From assembly GCA_029838215.1 (NCBI GenBank), contig JALGVI010000004.1:1-59633 (forward strand): a stretch of DNA of 59,633 nt, read 5' to 3'. Below are positions 1-9,548 of this stretch, piece after piece (the first letter of the stretch is position 1; each line of letters opens with the position of its first letter). The notes beneath the pieces were generated by a model. The model saw only the letters and a list, made by a program, of their open reading frames with translations. It made no database searches and was not told where the DNA came from. Made by a program: the position numbers and the translations under genes. Source of the stretch: Candidatus Helarchaeota archaeon. GTDB taxonomy: Archaea; Asgardarchaeota; Lokiarchaeia; Helarchaeales; RDOG01.

Positions 1-246
1 TTGGATTGCAGGAGCTGGCCTTTAGTCTGGGATTATCATGAAAACTCTAAGAAATTAGTGATATTTTTAGGTGAATGTGCGTTAGAAAAAATATTACTTG
101 ATGATCGAGCCGTGCTAGAAAGCATGAAAAAGATGGTCATTCAGGAAGTCGGCTGGTTCACGGCTGGAGAGCGAAAAGTATTCACGTCTTTCGAAAAAAA
201 TGAATCGGTTAAAAAGATTGATGAACTTGAAATGTCATATGAATGA
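1..246 (+). CDS. 5'-truncated CDS, possibly the C-terminal part of a YkgJ-family cysteine-cluster protein
   Basis: Open from base 1 to TGA at 244-246. Begins LDCRSWP, resembling the RPxxCRx[YW]P motif of YkgJ/UPF0153 proteins. Confidence 0.4.
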   Translation: MDCRSWPLVWDYHENSKKLVIFLGECALEKILLDDRAVLESMKKMVIQEVGWFTAGERKVFTSFEKNESVKKIDELEMSYE

Positions 247-252
247 GATCTC

Positions 253-952
253 TCAGAAAAAACGTTGTAAATCATTTTTAGTAATTCGGCCATCATGAAG
301 AGCGGTGGCAATTAAAACTCCGGAAACGCCGTAATTCTCAACTTGTAGAATGTCATCAATCGTGCGAACTCCTCCTCCTGTTATCACGGCTACTTCATGT
401 TTTTGGATCAGATCTTTCACGTCTTCAAGATATCGTGTGGCAATCCCTTCACTTGAACCCACCCGTGCAAGGTCAAGGATGATGAACTCTGAGATTTAAC
501 TGAGGACTTTTTGATAGTATCTTCCCTTCGAATAAATCAATGCTTAGAATGGTCTGTTCAGGCGTGAGAAGAGTCATGTAATCATCGATTTGAGACAACG
601 ATTGAAGTGTTTCCAAAGCAATGATTATCTTGTGAACTTTGGATTTTTTTACGAGTTCAACTTGTTCTTTGTTTTTAATTCCAACGTCAACCATAACTTG
701 CAAATCCGTTTCTTTGATGATTTTTGAAAGATAATCGAGGTTGAAGTTTCTTCCCATTATTGCATCCAAATCTGCGACATATAGTTCTTTAGTTCCCAGT
801 TTTTGAAAAACTGCCGCAACCTCAACGGGATCTGTTGATGTTGTCAGCACGCCACGAATTGGTTCGTATTTATCTCGCTCGCCTTTTTTGCCGTGAACCA
901 CCAACTTCTTATTCTTGATGGCCATGACGTCAATCACGGGAATTATGCGCAA
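253..952 (-). pseudogene. HisA/HisF-related TIM-barrel protein, split by a frameshift near 495-499
   Basis: Frame A (952-497) reads MRIIPVIDV...LYVADLDAI...SIDL. Frame B (495-253) reads ISEFIILDLARVGSSEG...GGGVR...GVLIATALHDG. These are the two halves of one family member in different frames. Confidence 0.75.
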
Positions 953-1115
953 AATTCTTCGGAGCTCCTCGAGCTAATCAAAATTTAATGAAAAATTCGT
1001 GATATCATTGTTTTTTTGATAATGAAAACACATAATATGTAAGTAGTTAGTTTTTTCTAATAGTTTATTCAAATCTTTTTTGAAATTATAAAAATATATT
1101 ATCTATTTTAGGCAC

Positions 1116-2108
1116 GTGGAGAATCTGCTCTTGAGCAACGATGAGGAGAAACTCAAGGAATTGATGAGTTTAAAATCGGTAGGAAAAGCCATCGCTGAAA
1201 AAATGATTGAATGTGGTTATACTAACCTGCAAGTCTTGCCGATTACAACATCTGAAGAGTTGTCATTGAAAATTGGTATTAGCAAGTCGAAGGCGAAAAA
1301 AATCATTGAAGAAGCGAACGAGAAGCTCGGCTACGTTTTTAAAACCGTAGATGATATTTACAAGGAAAGGAAGAACATTCGGCGGCTAACGACGGGATCT
1401 CACAAATTGGATGAGCTTTTAGGAGGAGGTGTAGAGACAGGAATTCTCACCGAGGTCTATGGTGCATCTCGCTCGGGAAAGACTCAACTGGCTCATCAAT
1501 TATGCGTTTCCGTTCAACTTCCCGTTGCCGAGGGTGGTTTTTATGAAGATAGTAATGTTCCTGAAGCAATTTTCATAGATTGTGAAGGAACCTTCCGACC
1601 TGAACGAATAGCGGAAATGTCGATGTCATTCGGACTAAATGCAAATGAAGTCATGACGCACATTCAAGTGGCACGAGCTCACACTTCAGAGCATCAGATC
1701 CTTCTATCAGAACAGATTCCACAAATAATCATGGAAAAGAACATCCAACTTGTGGTCATTGATTCTGTCACGACTTTTTTTCGTTCGGAATTTACAAAAA
1801 GTGAAATCGTTGCAAGACAGGATCGCTTAAACAAGCACCTGAATTTCTTGAAGAACATGGCAAGTACTTATAACATCATAGTTTTCCTGACGAATCAGGT
1901 TATGGCAAATCCGGACGCAATAGTTGGCGATTCCACCGTGCCCGTGGGAGGTCATGTACTCTCTCATAAGGTTCAGACGAGGTTGTACTTACGGGAAGTC
2001 CGGGAGCGGCAACGTGTTGCTCGTCTCATGGATTCAAGCTATTTACCTCCGGGTCAGATTGCCTTTTTTATAACCCCTGCGGGCATTCGTGATGCCGAGG
2101 ATATTTAA
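1116..2108 (+). CDS. radA: RadA/Rad51-family recombinase (RadA paralog)
   Basis: N-terminal HhH domain, Walker A GASRSGKT, IDCEGTFRPERI, Walker B LVVIDS and TNQV...GGHVLSH. GTG start. Confidence 0.9.
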   Translation: MENLLLSNDEEKLKELMSLKSVGKAIAEKMIECGYTNLQVLPITTSEELSLKIGISKSKAKKIIEEANEKLGYVFKTVDDIYKERKNIRRLTTGSHKLDELLGGGVETGILTEVYGASRSGKTQLAHQLCVSVQLPVAEGGFYEDSNVPEAIFIDCEGTFRPERIAEMSMSFGLNANEVMTHIQVARAHTSEHQILLSEQIPQIIMEKNIQLVVIDSVTTFFRSEFTKSEIVARQDRLNKHLNFLKNMASTYNIIVFLTNQVMANPDAIVGDSTVPVGGHVLSHKVQTRLYLREVRERQRVARLMDSSYLPPGQIAFFITPAGIRDAEDI

Positions 2109-2351
2109 TCACGGATCTTTATTTATTACGGCTTCGAAAAACTATCGCAAATCTTCTCTTATTTGTTCCTGACTTGTTTTAATACCACAAGTAAAAAGCC
2201 GTTCTTTTTGTCGCTTTATCCATTACTCAAAAATTCTTCAGTATTTGATGAATTCTTTCACAGTGGAAATATGGTAATCTGAACCATTTATCAACTCGTT
2301 TTATATTAATATATCTTGATTATCAAGTTTATCGTTTCCGCCAGAAATCAT
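2109..2351 (-). pseudogene. Possible decayed small gene (one reading frame with four internal stops)
   Basis: ATG at 2351 directly preceded by GAGGG. The frame reads MISGGNDKLDNQDILI*NELINGSDYHISTVKEFIKY*RIFE*WIKRQKERLF...LR*FFEAVINKDP* and ends flush against the radA stop. The stop density is also compatible with chance. Confidence 0.25.
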
Positions 2352-2365
2352 CCCTCAGTCATTCC

Positions 2366-2382
2366 GGGAGCATATTGCTCCC
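2366..2382. promoter_or_regulatory. Inverted repeat GGGAGCA-TAT-TGCTCCC upstream of the 2425 CDS (operator or hairpin)
   Basis: Perfect 7-bp arms with a 3-nt loop in AT-rich intergenic DNA, followed by C and T runs. Confidence 0.35.
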
Positions 2383-2424
2383 CCCCTTTTCAGTGTTTTT
2401 TCTTGAAATGAGTAATGGCAGGTC

Positions 2425-3018
2425 ATGAAATTGAGTTTATTCGGTATCTTTTTTTATTGGATTGATCTTGCAATAGCAATTTCGATGATAATTATCGTGA
2501 GTGTCTTGTATAAGATGGACCGCATTGACAAGCTCATTTTCATTCTTTTCTGGATTGGGGCTTGTATTGGATCCGTGTGGGAAATTCCTCTTTTCTTGAT
2601 AAGTGAAATTAGCATCTGTCCTATCATAATGTTTTTGGTAACTCCGCCTTTTCATTATTCTGTCATCATCGTTATTCATAGTATATGGGATGGAGGATTA
2701 TTCTTGATTGGAGTTGGATTGATTTATTTGTTCTGCAAGCCTCCGCATTTCGATAAGTTCAATGTTCGAGAACTTTTGATTCTTGTAATCTGGGCACAAT
2801 TACAAGCAATTGGAATAGAATTATTGGGTACTTTTGGTGGCGCTTGGGAGTATATTCCTTATTGGTGGAACCCCGTAATGTTTTCCTTATTTGGACACAA
2901 TTTCACGATAATGATCCAATTAATTTGGTTGGTGGCACCGTTTGTATTTTATTATATTGCTCTTAAACTGAAACAAAAATTATCGGGCAATTCTAAAAAC
3001 GAAGCAAATAAAACATGA
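2425..3018 (+). CDS. Hypothetical integral membrane protein (about 5-6 TM helices)
   Basis: 197-aa hydrophobic ORF with polar membrane motifs GSVWE, HSIWDGG and IELLG...AWEY. Confidence 0.8.
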   Translation: MKLSLFGIFFYWIDLAIAISMIIIVSVLYKMDRIDKLIFILFWIGACIGSVWEIPLFLISEISICPIIMFLVTPPFHYSVIIVIHSIWDGGLFLIGVGLIYLFCKPPHFDKFNVRELLILVIWAQLQAIGIELLGTFGGAWEYIPYWWNPVMFSLFGHNFTIMIQLIWLVAPFVFYYIALKLKQKLSGNSKNEANKT

Positions 3019-3193
3019 TCTTCTATCTCATCAATTCAGGATGTTTTTAGATTCTGAAATTTTAGAATCATGGATTATTGTCGATTTTTAGACTGATTCT
3101 TTAATTTGTCACTTGATTTAGAATAAGGAAAATATTTAATTACGAATTCTTGCATTTCACCTTGTTAAAAAATCGGTTCTGCATCTCGAATGG

Positions 3194-3955
3194 ATGTTAT
3201 TTGGTGACATTATTTTGGTTTCTAAATGGACTTTGTTATCGATAGGTGTTATTACCTCTTTGGTATTCATCAATATTGGGGCATCGGTGGCATATCCTGT
3301 AATCTATGGATACATGAATCTTCCGAATGGTTGGTTATATCGAGTGCGTTCAATTTCATTTAACGGAACTGACTTTAATGATTATCACGGCTTAAATCCA
3401 GCAAGTCTCTCTACTGCGGCAGGATATCCCGAATCGAATGCTGTACAGGGAATAGATCCCGGTTCTGCTGGTCCGTGGATTCAATGGACTGATTGGCAAG
3501 ATGATGATGTTTTTCTCGGGCGAGGTGAAGACCCTCTTGATGGTTATATTGAAATGACTTACTTTAATGCGTTTCAGGTAATCACTCCGGCAAACATGGC
3601 AGGTGATTATACGATATGTGTTGGAGCGGATGATGGTTGTGAAGTCTGGATGGATGGTCAAAAAATTATTGAATATGAATCGCAGGAGCGCACGGTGCGC
3701 ATTGATGACCATGTTGCAACTGTCACGCTTTCTGAAGGTGTTCACTATTTCGTGTTTATTGTATATCAATGGTATTCCGGAACGGGTTTTTGCTTCCGCA
3801 TTAAAGATGAAAATGGTACCATGATGCCTTGGGTATATACGGGTACCGCTTCAACATATCTGGACTTTTTAGGTCCTTTGGTGCTTTGTATATCTCTTCT
3901 GATTGGTCTTGCATACGTGGCAATCTACATGTTATATTCAAATAGACTTTTTTAA
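3194..3955 (+). CDS. Membrane-anchored PA14-domain (glycan-binding) protein
   Basis: YTICVGADDGCEVWMDGQKII...V.LSEGVHYF matches the PA14 DDG cis-peptide motif. Hydrophobic segments at both termini. Confidence 0.75.
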   Translation: MLFGDIILVSKWTLLSIGVITSLVFINIGASVAYPVIYGYMNLPNGWLYRVRSISFNGTDFNDYHGLNPASLSTAAGYPESNAVQGIDPGSAGPWIQWTDWQDDDVFLGRGEDPLDGYIEMTYFNAFQVITPANMAGDYTICVGADDGCEVWMDGQKIIEYESQERTVRIDDHVATVTLSEGVHYFVFIVYQWYSGTGFCFRIKDENGTMMPWVYTGTASTYLDFLGPLVLCISLLIGLAYVAIYMLYSNRLF

Positions 3956-4082
3956 TCCATTTTTTACACAAATTTTATTTTTGAACAATATTTTCACGGA
4001 AAAATCTTTTTATGTAATCCGATATGATTTAGATGAACTTATTTTTTTTCGGCAATATATTGAAATCTTGGAAGAAGTTGAC

Positions 4083-4859
4083 ATGATTCGCGAAAAAGAC
4101 CTCGAAATGAAGATGGACTCAATTCGGGGAAAATTAACTGACCCCCTTGTATTAATCGGTTTCCCAGGAATTGCCATGGTCGGAAAATTGGCCGTGCTTA
4201 ACATTGCAAAGACGCTAGAAGCAATTCCCTGCCAAGCGATATATTTTTCGGATTTTCCACCGCAGGCTTTAATTTCTCAGGATGGATATATTCGCATTCC
4301 GCAAGCTACTCTCCACGTTGCACGAAACGTGGCAAACCGAGATATTATCATCATTTCAGCAGATTATCAACCCATTACTCAAGCTGGGATTTATCAATTC
4401 AGTGACTATATCTGCAAGACTTGCAAAGAACTCAAGGTAAAGGCAATTATTGCAACAGGTGCCTTCGTGTCACAAAGACAAGTAACGGGAGATCGGAAAA
4501 TATATGTTTCAGGAACATCACGCGAGATCATCGATTTCTTCATGACATCAAGTTCCGTAAATACGGTCTTGTTCAATGTTGGTTATATTACAGGAGCGAA
4601 CGGAGTAATTCCTGCTTGGGGGAGTATTCATTATGATATTGAAGGTGCATGTTTGCTTGCAGATGCTCTTCCCATGTTGCAATTTGATCCAAAAGCCAGT
4701 AAAGCCATAGTCCAAGTCATTTCAGAAAAATATGATCTCCCAATGGATGTCGAAGATCTGAACAAGGAAATCGAAAATATTGAGATCGTGAGCACGCAAC
4801 TCTCTGAAGTAATGAAAGAGGAAGAGAAACGACCTAAATACCAACCGTATTTTGGATGA
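4083..4859 (+). CDS. PAC2-family proteasome assembly chaperone
   Basis: LIGFPGIAMVGKLA, IIATGAF and GYITGANG are typical PAC2 motifs. The ATG at 4083 is preferred over the ORF-track start at 3903, which overlaps the previous gene and crosses T-rich intergenic DNA. Confidence 0.85.
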   Translation: MIREKDLEMKMDSIRGKLTDPLVLIGFPGIAMVGKLAVLNIAKTLEAIPCQAIYFSDFPPQALISQDGYIRIPQATLHVARNVANRDIIIISADYQPITQAGIYQFSDYICKTCKELKVKAIIATGAFVSQRQVTGDRKIYVSGTSREIIDFFMTSSSVNTVLFNVGYITGANGVIPAWGSIHYDIEGACLLADALPMLQFDPKASKAIVQVISEKYDLPMDVEDLNKEIENIEIVSTQLSEVMKEEEKRPKYQPYFG

Positions 4860-4870
4860 TCACTAGTAGG

Positions 4871-5698
4871 TTACTTCAAATTTAATGATTTAAAATATTC
4901 GCGCGTAATCTTGATGTCTCCGGTTAATTGAACGGAGATGGGAGAAATCACTATCTTTTTATTCACAAATGCATCGTGAACGTCCGTATCTTTTTTCAAA
5001 TCGAATTTCATGCCCCGTGCCATCTTGCTGAAGATAAAATCTCGTTGTTCTTTTGAATCATCTTTATTTATCTCGCGAAACAAATTTCCGTAATGAATTT
5101 TTGCAATTGGAGTGATGGTTACTTCGGATGATTCATCTGCATTGAAAGGAATATTTATGTTTATCACATCAACGCCTTTTGGAAGGCTTTTTTGAGTCAG
5201 AACAAAATCTGCAATTTTCTTGGTAAAATTAGCACTAAATTTGAATGTATCGGGAGTCAAGCGAGTTCTTCCCCGTAGAAAATTTGTATTAGCCAATAAA
5301 GATACCGCAATGCTCGGAATGCCTAAAAATGAACCTTCAATTGCGGCACCAACTGTTGCGGAGCTAAGAACAAAAGAGTTTCCCACGTTTGCGCCATAAT
5401 TTATTCCCGAAATGATGAGATCAGGTTTTCGGTCACAAAGATGAAAATTACCTAAAATGATACAATCCGCAGGAGTTCCCGTAAATGAATAAATAATATC
5501 TCCATCAGGGCATTTAACTTCTTCGAGACTGACGCATTTTTCACAGGAGATTGCTTTTCCTCCCCAACTTCTCTGAGAGCTAGGTATCACCATGCACACA
5601 TTATAGTCTGATTGGTTAAAAACCCGCTTGAGTGCGATTACGGAGGGAGACTCGATTCCATCATCATTAGTAATTAATATTCTGGGCCGTTCCATCAT
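4871..5698 (-). CDS. surE: 5'/3'-nucleotidase SurE
   Basis: ILITNDDGIESP, GTPADC, SGINYGANVG and SATVGAAIEG. Start is coupled to the upstream stop (TAATG at 5700-5696). Confidence 0.95.
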   Translation of the reverse strand: MMERPRILITNDDGIESPSVIALKRVFNQSDYNVCMVIPSSQRSWGGKAISCEKCVSLEEVKCPDGDIIYSFTGTPADCIILGNFHLCDRKPDLIISGINYGANVGNSFVLSSATVGAAIEGSFLGIPSIAVSLLANTNFLRGRTRLTPDTFKFSANFTKKIADFVLTQKSLPKGVDVININIPFNADESSEVTITPIAKIHYGNLFREINKDDSKEQRDFIFSKMARGMKFDLKKDTDVHDAFVNKKIVISPISVQLTGDIKITREYFKSLNLK

Positions 5699-6621
5699 TA
5701 CAATCCTCTAAGAAATTCTGGACGTAATGAAATTTTCTTATTTTGTGCATCACTTATGATTTTCAAGAGTGTTTCCTTGTCTTTCGGTAATGTTCCTTTT
5801 AATGGTAGGTAATTTGATGCGTGATTTGTACGAAAGATCGTTTCATTTTTAACGTCTATGTTTTCAATCATGATGCGGAGTTCGTCAAGGATTTCTTCGG
5901 AATTTAATAGCTTGAAGCTTCCTTCTTTTATCCATTTTTCAATTGGAACTCCTGGGACGATCATTAGCGTGAGAGCGCCTAAATACTTTGGATTAATTCG
6001 TGAGATGACCTTTCCGGTATCTCGAGCGTGTTCCTGAGAAAGTTTTTTTCCTCCAAGCCCAAGGATTACCGTGACTGACATGTCGAATCCTGCATTTTGA
6101 GCTTTGACGCACGCTTCAATGGTTTCTTCTGCTGTCGCTCCTTTGTTTTGTAGTTCGAGAACTTTTTCGTTTCCGCTTTCAAGACCAATGTAAAGCAGGT
6201 TCAAGCCACTGTTTCGAATTTTTTTCAAATCTTCATCTGATTTACGAAGGATGTCCTGTGCACATGCATAAGCCGAAACGAGTTCAAGGTTGGGGTGTTG
6301 CAGGTAAGCGTGTTTTGTTATGGTTACTAGATCGTTTGGTTTCATTACAAAAGCATTACTATCCAGAAAAAAGATTCGCTTTACGCGTGTACCATGAATA
6401 ACACGTGCCGTGGTAATATCTGCCACTATGTCATCGACCGGTCGAACTCGAAATCGTTTTTTGGGAATTAGCTTATGAATTAGGTAACTGGCACAGAAAT
6501 AACAATGCCCTGCGGCAGCAGAAGAACATCCTATGGTTGCCGTTATCAAAAGGCTTCGAGCTTCACTTGGGGGTCGATATATTGGTTCTACGTAGAATAG
6601 ACTCATTTTCTTATCTTCCAT
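5698..6621 (-). CDS. Radical SAM protein (RPPSE family) with an extended Cx7Cx2C motif
   Basis: IYRPPSEARSLLITATIGCSSAAAGHCYFC, LYIGLESG and FRTNHASNYL. Confidence 0.85.
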   Translation of the reverse strand: MEDKKMSLFYVEPIYRPPSEARSLLITATIGCSSAAAGHCYFCASYLIHKLIPKKRFRVRPVDDIVADITTARVIHGTRVKRIFFLDSNAFVMKPNDLVTITKHAYLQHPNLELVSAYACAQDILRKSDEDLKKIRNSGLNLLYIGLESGNEKVLELQNKGATAEETIEACVKAQNAGFDMSVTVILGLGGKKLSQEHARDTGKVISRINPKYLGALTLMIVPGVPIEKWIKEGSFKLLNSEEILDELRIMIENIDVKNETIFRTNHASNYLPLKGTLPKDKETLLKIISDAQNKKISLRPEFLRGL

Positions 6622-6633
6622 GAAAAAATTCCA

Positions 6634-7011
6634 TTATTTTTTTTGGATTTTTTCTCGTATTATCTCCATTTCAGCATCCCGATCATATTTGTCGGTACAA
6701 GTTTTGACGTGAGAGTCATAACATTCCGGACAAAACGTGAACTTGCAAGTCTTGCATTTGAATGTCTCGCTTCTGGACATGCAATATCTGCGTCCGCAAT
6801 TCCTGCATTTATACGTCAGGACATCGAGTTCACAATCTTTACATATGATTCCGGAACATCTCCAAGCCACTATTGAACCGACTTTTTGGGAGCAATATTC
6901 TTCAGCAAACTCGAGCAAATCACATGTGAGTAAATGGTCTTCACACACGGGCAAAGAACACTGGATGCATTTTTTTTCGGTTTCTTTTCCACAAGATTTA
7001 CAAGAAAGCAT
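6634..7011 (-). CDS. Small Cys-rich multi-zinc-finger protein
   Basis: 125 aa with 18 Cys in repeated CxxC pairs. ATG start, 12 nt upstream of the radical SAM gene. Confidence 0.75.
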   Translation of the reverse strand: MLSCKSCGKETEKKCIQCSLPVCEDHLLTCDLLEFAEEYCSQKVGSIVAWRCSGIICKDCELDVLTYKCRNCGRRYCMSRSETFKCKTCKFTFCPECYDSHVKTCTDKYDRDAEMEIIREKIQKK

Positions 7012-7124
7012 GAGAATCAGTTTTTATGTTGTTAGTATCTATGTTATTATAGTTTCGGAAAAGATTTTAATAAATTTCTCCTTTGAAAAAACAAATTTCT
7101 TTAACATGTGGGATTTGGAGTCAA

Positions 7125-8603
7125 ATGACTGATTATGACTGCATCATTATTGGATCTGGTATTGGTGGAAGTGCAAGTGCCGCAATGATGGCTCACGCTG
7201 GATATAAAACGTTATTGCTTGAAAAAAATTCCTTTATAGGTGGAGTTACAAGCTCCTACCAGAAAGAAGGTTTCATTATTGATGTTGCGATTCATTTTTT
7301 CCCTGCTGGGTTTCGTGGGCGTTTTGGAAAAATTTTACGTCGAATAGACATGCGAAAAACAACTAGCCTGAGATTTGCCTCCCATTTAGAGAATAATATT
7401 GCTTTTAAGGTAAAGGGACAAAAGGGCATCACTCGTGCAGGTTCGATTCTCAATGCTGCAATGCCGAAAGGACCATCTCAGGGTGGTGCACCATCTGCCG
7501 CAATTCCTTCGGATTTTAAATCAATGGGACTGACCAAAGATGATCAAAAAGAACTCATGAAAATCATGGTCAGGCTTCTTCGGATGTCGAAGAAACAAAT
7601 TCAACCGTTGTATGACGAAAAATGCACAGTGACGGAATATATCAACCGATTTACGAAGAATCCTGCTGTTCACGGAATAATTGCATTTATTACGGGTGGA
7701 ATGTTCACGATAAGTCCGCGAATTGCTTCTGCCGCGGAATTCATCAAGTGTTTTCAGGAAATGTCTCTTACCTTTGATTTGTCTTATCCATACGGTGCTT
7801 CGATAGCCATTCCTCGTGCATTCATTGAAGGAATGGAGCATTATGGTGGAAAATTGAAGACCAATGCTAGAGTTTCAAAGATATTGGTTGAAGATGGCAA
7901 GGTCAAAGGCGTGGTCGTGAATGATGAAGAAATCACGTCAAATTTGATTCTTAGCAATGCCAGCATTAAAAATACGTTATATCTGGCTGGAGAAAATAAT
8001 TTTGACAAGGATTATCGCACCCGCGTGAAAAATCTCGTGCCTTCCTATTCATCCATTACGTTTAAGGTTGCATTAAAAAAACCCATTGTTGAGAATATTG
8101 CGATGCTCAATCTTTTTCACGGTGAACTCTCGACATTGGAATCTGCAACTACTGGGCGAAAAGCGAAAAGCACCGGTTTTATGACCGTCATTCCATCAAA
8201 TTGCGATCCAAGTCTTGCCCCAAAAGGTCGGCAACTGATGATATTTGGGACGATGAGTCCCGGTGAAGGCGTGAAAGATTGGGATAGTTGGACCAAGGCC
8301 TATTACAACAATCTCTTGGAGTATCTTCCTGAAATTGAAGATTCAAACTTATTCGTTGATTCTACAAATCCGAATGATTTGGTGAAGGTCAGCGGTAAGG
8401 CTTTGGGACCCGTAGAATCGACTGCCTGTACCCCCGATCAAGTTGGACCATATCGAATATCTTCGGAAATGCCGATTGAAGGGTTATTTGTTGTTGGCGA
8501 TTCTGCAGGAACCAATACGAGCGGGATCGGAACTCAACTTGCAGCCGATTCCGCACTTAAATGCGTTGCCATGATTTTAAAACGGAGAAAAAAACCCAAC
8601 TAA
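7125..8603 (+). CDS. Phytoene dehydrogenase-like FAD-dependent oxidoreductase (COG1233-type)
   Basis: DCIIIGSGIGG...LLLEKNSFIGG Rossmann motif, YPYGASIAI and C-terminal IEGLFVVGDS. ATG at 7125 follows a GGAG SD. Confidence 0.85.
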   Translation: MTDYDCIIIGSGIGGSASAAMMAHAGYKTLLLEKNSFIGGVTSSYQKEGFIIDVAIHFFPAGFRGRFGKILRRIDMRKTTSLRFASHLENNIAFKVKGQKGITRAGSILNAAMPKGPSQGGAPSAAIPSDFKSMGLTKDDQKELMKIMVRLLRMSKKQIQPLYDEKCTVTEYINRFTKNPAVHGIIAFITGGMFTISPRIASAAEFIKCFQEMSLTFDLSYPYGASIAIPRAFIEGMEHYGGKLKTNARVSKILVEDGKVKGVVVNDEEITSNLILSNASIKNTLYLAGENNFDKDYRTRVKNLVPSYSSITFKVALKKPIVENIAMLNLFHGELSTLESATTGRKAKSTGFMTVIPSNCDPSLAPKGRQLMIFGTMSPGEGVKDWDSWTKAYYNNLLEYLPEIEDSNLFVDSTNPNDLVKVSGKALGPVESTACTPDQVGPYRISSEMPIEGLFVVGDSAGTNTSGIGTQLAADSALKCVAMILKRRKKPN

Positions 8604-9520
8604 ATTTTTTCTTGTTCAAAAAGAATCTTACGTCTTGCTTCTAATAGCTTTGGTTCTTTTCCCATAAATTCCGAAGCCGTCATCACTTGCTTTTCATTTT
8701 TGGTTTTCTTTTTAAAAAGATCGGCAAATTTCAACTTGTAGTTCAAGTCTCGAAGCAAGTGGTGGTCATATATCAGGAAAGGAATTTGGGAACTGATTTG
8801 GTCCATTAATGATTTAACTAATTTCAGGTCTTTTGCGGAAATTTTATTCTCTAAATAGGAGGGCGGTCCTCCAATATATGCAAGTCGTGCACCCGATGCC
8901 TGAATGTAATCGGCGGTATCTTGAACCATCGGTCCTTGAACATCTGAAGTGTGAAGAAATATTTCATCTCCAACAGAAATTTTCGTCATGATGACGTAGC
9001 CCCGTGTGGAGTTTTGCTCACCATGGAAAAAAGGCGGGGAAAACGTGATTTTACACTCACCGTATGTAAATTCGGTACCATCTGCAACTATCTGATGCTT
9101 GCATTTATTTTTTACAAAATTGCATAAGATGTTTGCACGTTTTTTACCATTTTTATTGATGAATCTGGTGAAATCCTTCACGAAAAGGATTTTATCTCGA
9201 TATAATTCATTGCATATCGTCTTATTCGTGTAAATCGTGAAATTTTCGGTAAATGGTGGTTTGAAATGGTCGTGATGATAATGAGAAATGACGAGAGCAT
9301 CTGATTTTTTTGCGTATTCGAGAATTTCGTGCGTCAAGTCTATCAATGCTTGTTTTTCTAATGGATGCGGTGGTAAACCATATCGTTTTGGAGCAATTGC
9401 TGCTCCAGGATCTATTAAAATACGAAAAGAAGGTGTTTCGACGAATGTTGCCATTGAGCGAACACCGAAGCTTTCTGCAGCAATGGGTATTATCCTAAGT
9501 TTTTTAAAAAGTGGAAGCAC
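8600..9520 (-). CDS. Archaeal metallo-beta-lactamase-fold hydrolase (UPF0282-like)
   Basis: IIPIAAESFGVRSMATFVET, ISHYHHDH, HTSDVQGP and DHHLLRD. Confidence 0.85.
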   Translation of the reverse strand: MLPLFKKLRIIPIAAESFGVRSMATFVETPSFRILIDPGAAIAPKRYGLPPHPLEKQALIDLTHEILEYAKKSDALVISHYHHDHFKPPFTENFTIYTNKTICNELYRDKILFVKDFTRFINKNGKKRANILCNFVKNKCKHQIVADGTEFTYGECKITFSPPFFHGEQNSTRGYVIMTKISVGDEIFLHTSDVQGPMVQDTADYIQASGARLAYIGGPPSYLENKISAKDLKLVKSLMDQISSQIPFLIYDHHLLRDLNYKLKFADLFKKKTKNEKQVMTASEFMGKEPKLLEARRKILFEQEKI

Positions 9521-9548
9521 GAGAATCGACTCAAATTAAAAAAACTTG

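Noticed and set aside
3903-4082. N-terminal extensions given by the ORF track (also 7083, 21340, 25260, 39124 and 39902)
   Set aside because: They run through T/A-rich intergenic DNA or overlap neighbours. Downstream ATGs with SD motifs match the family N-termini.
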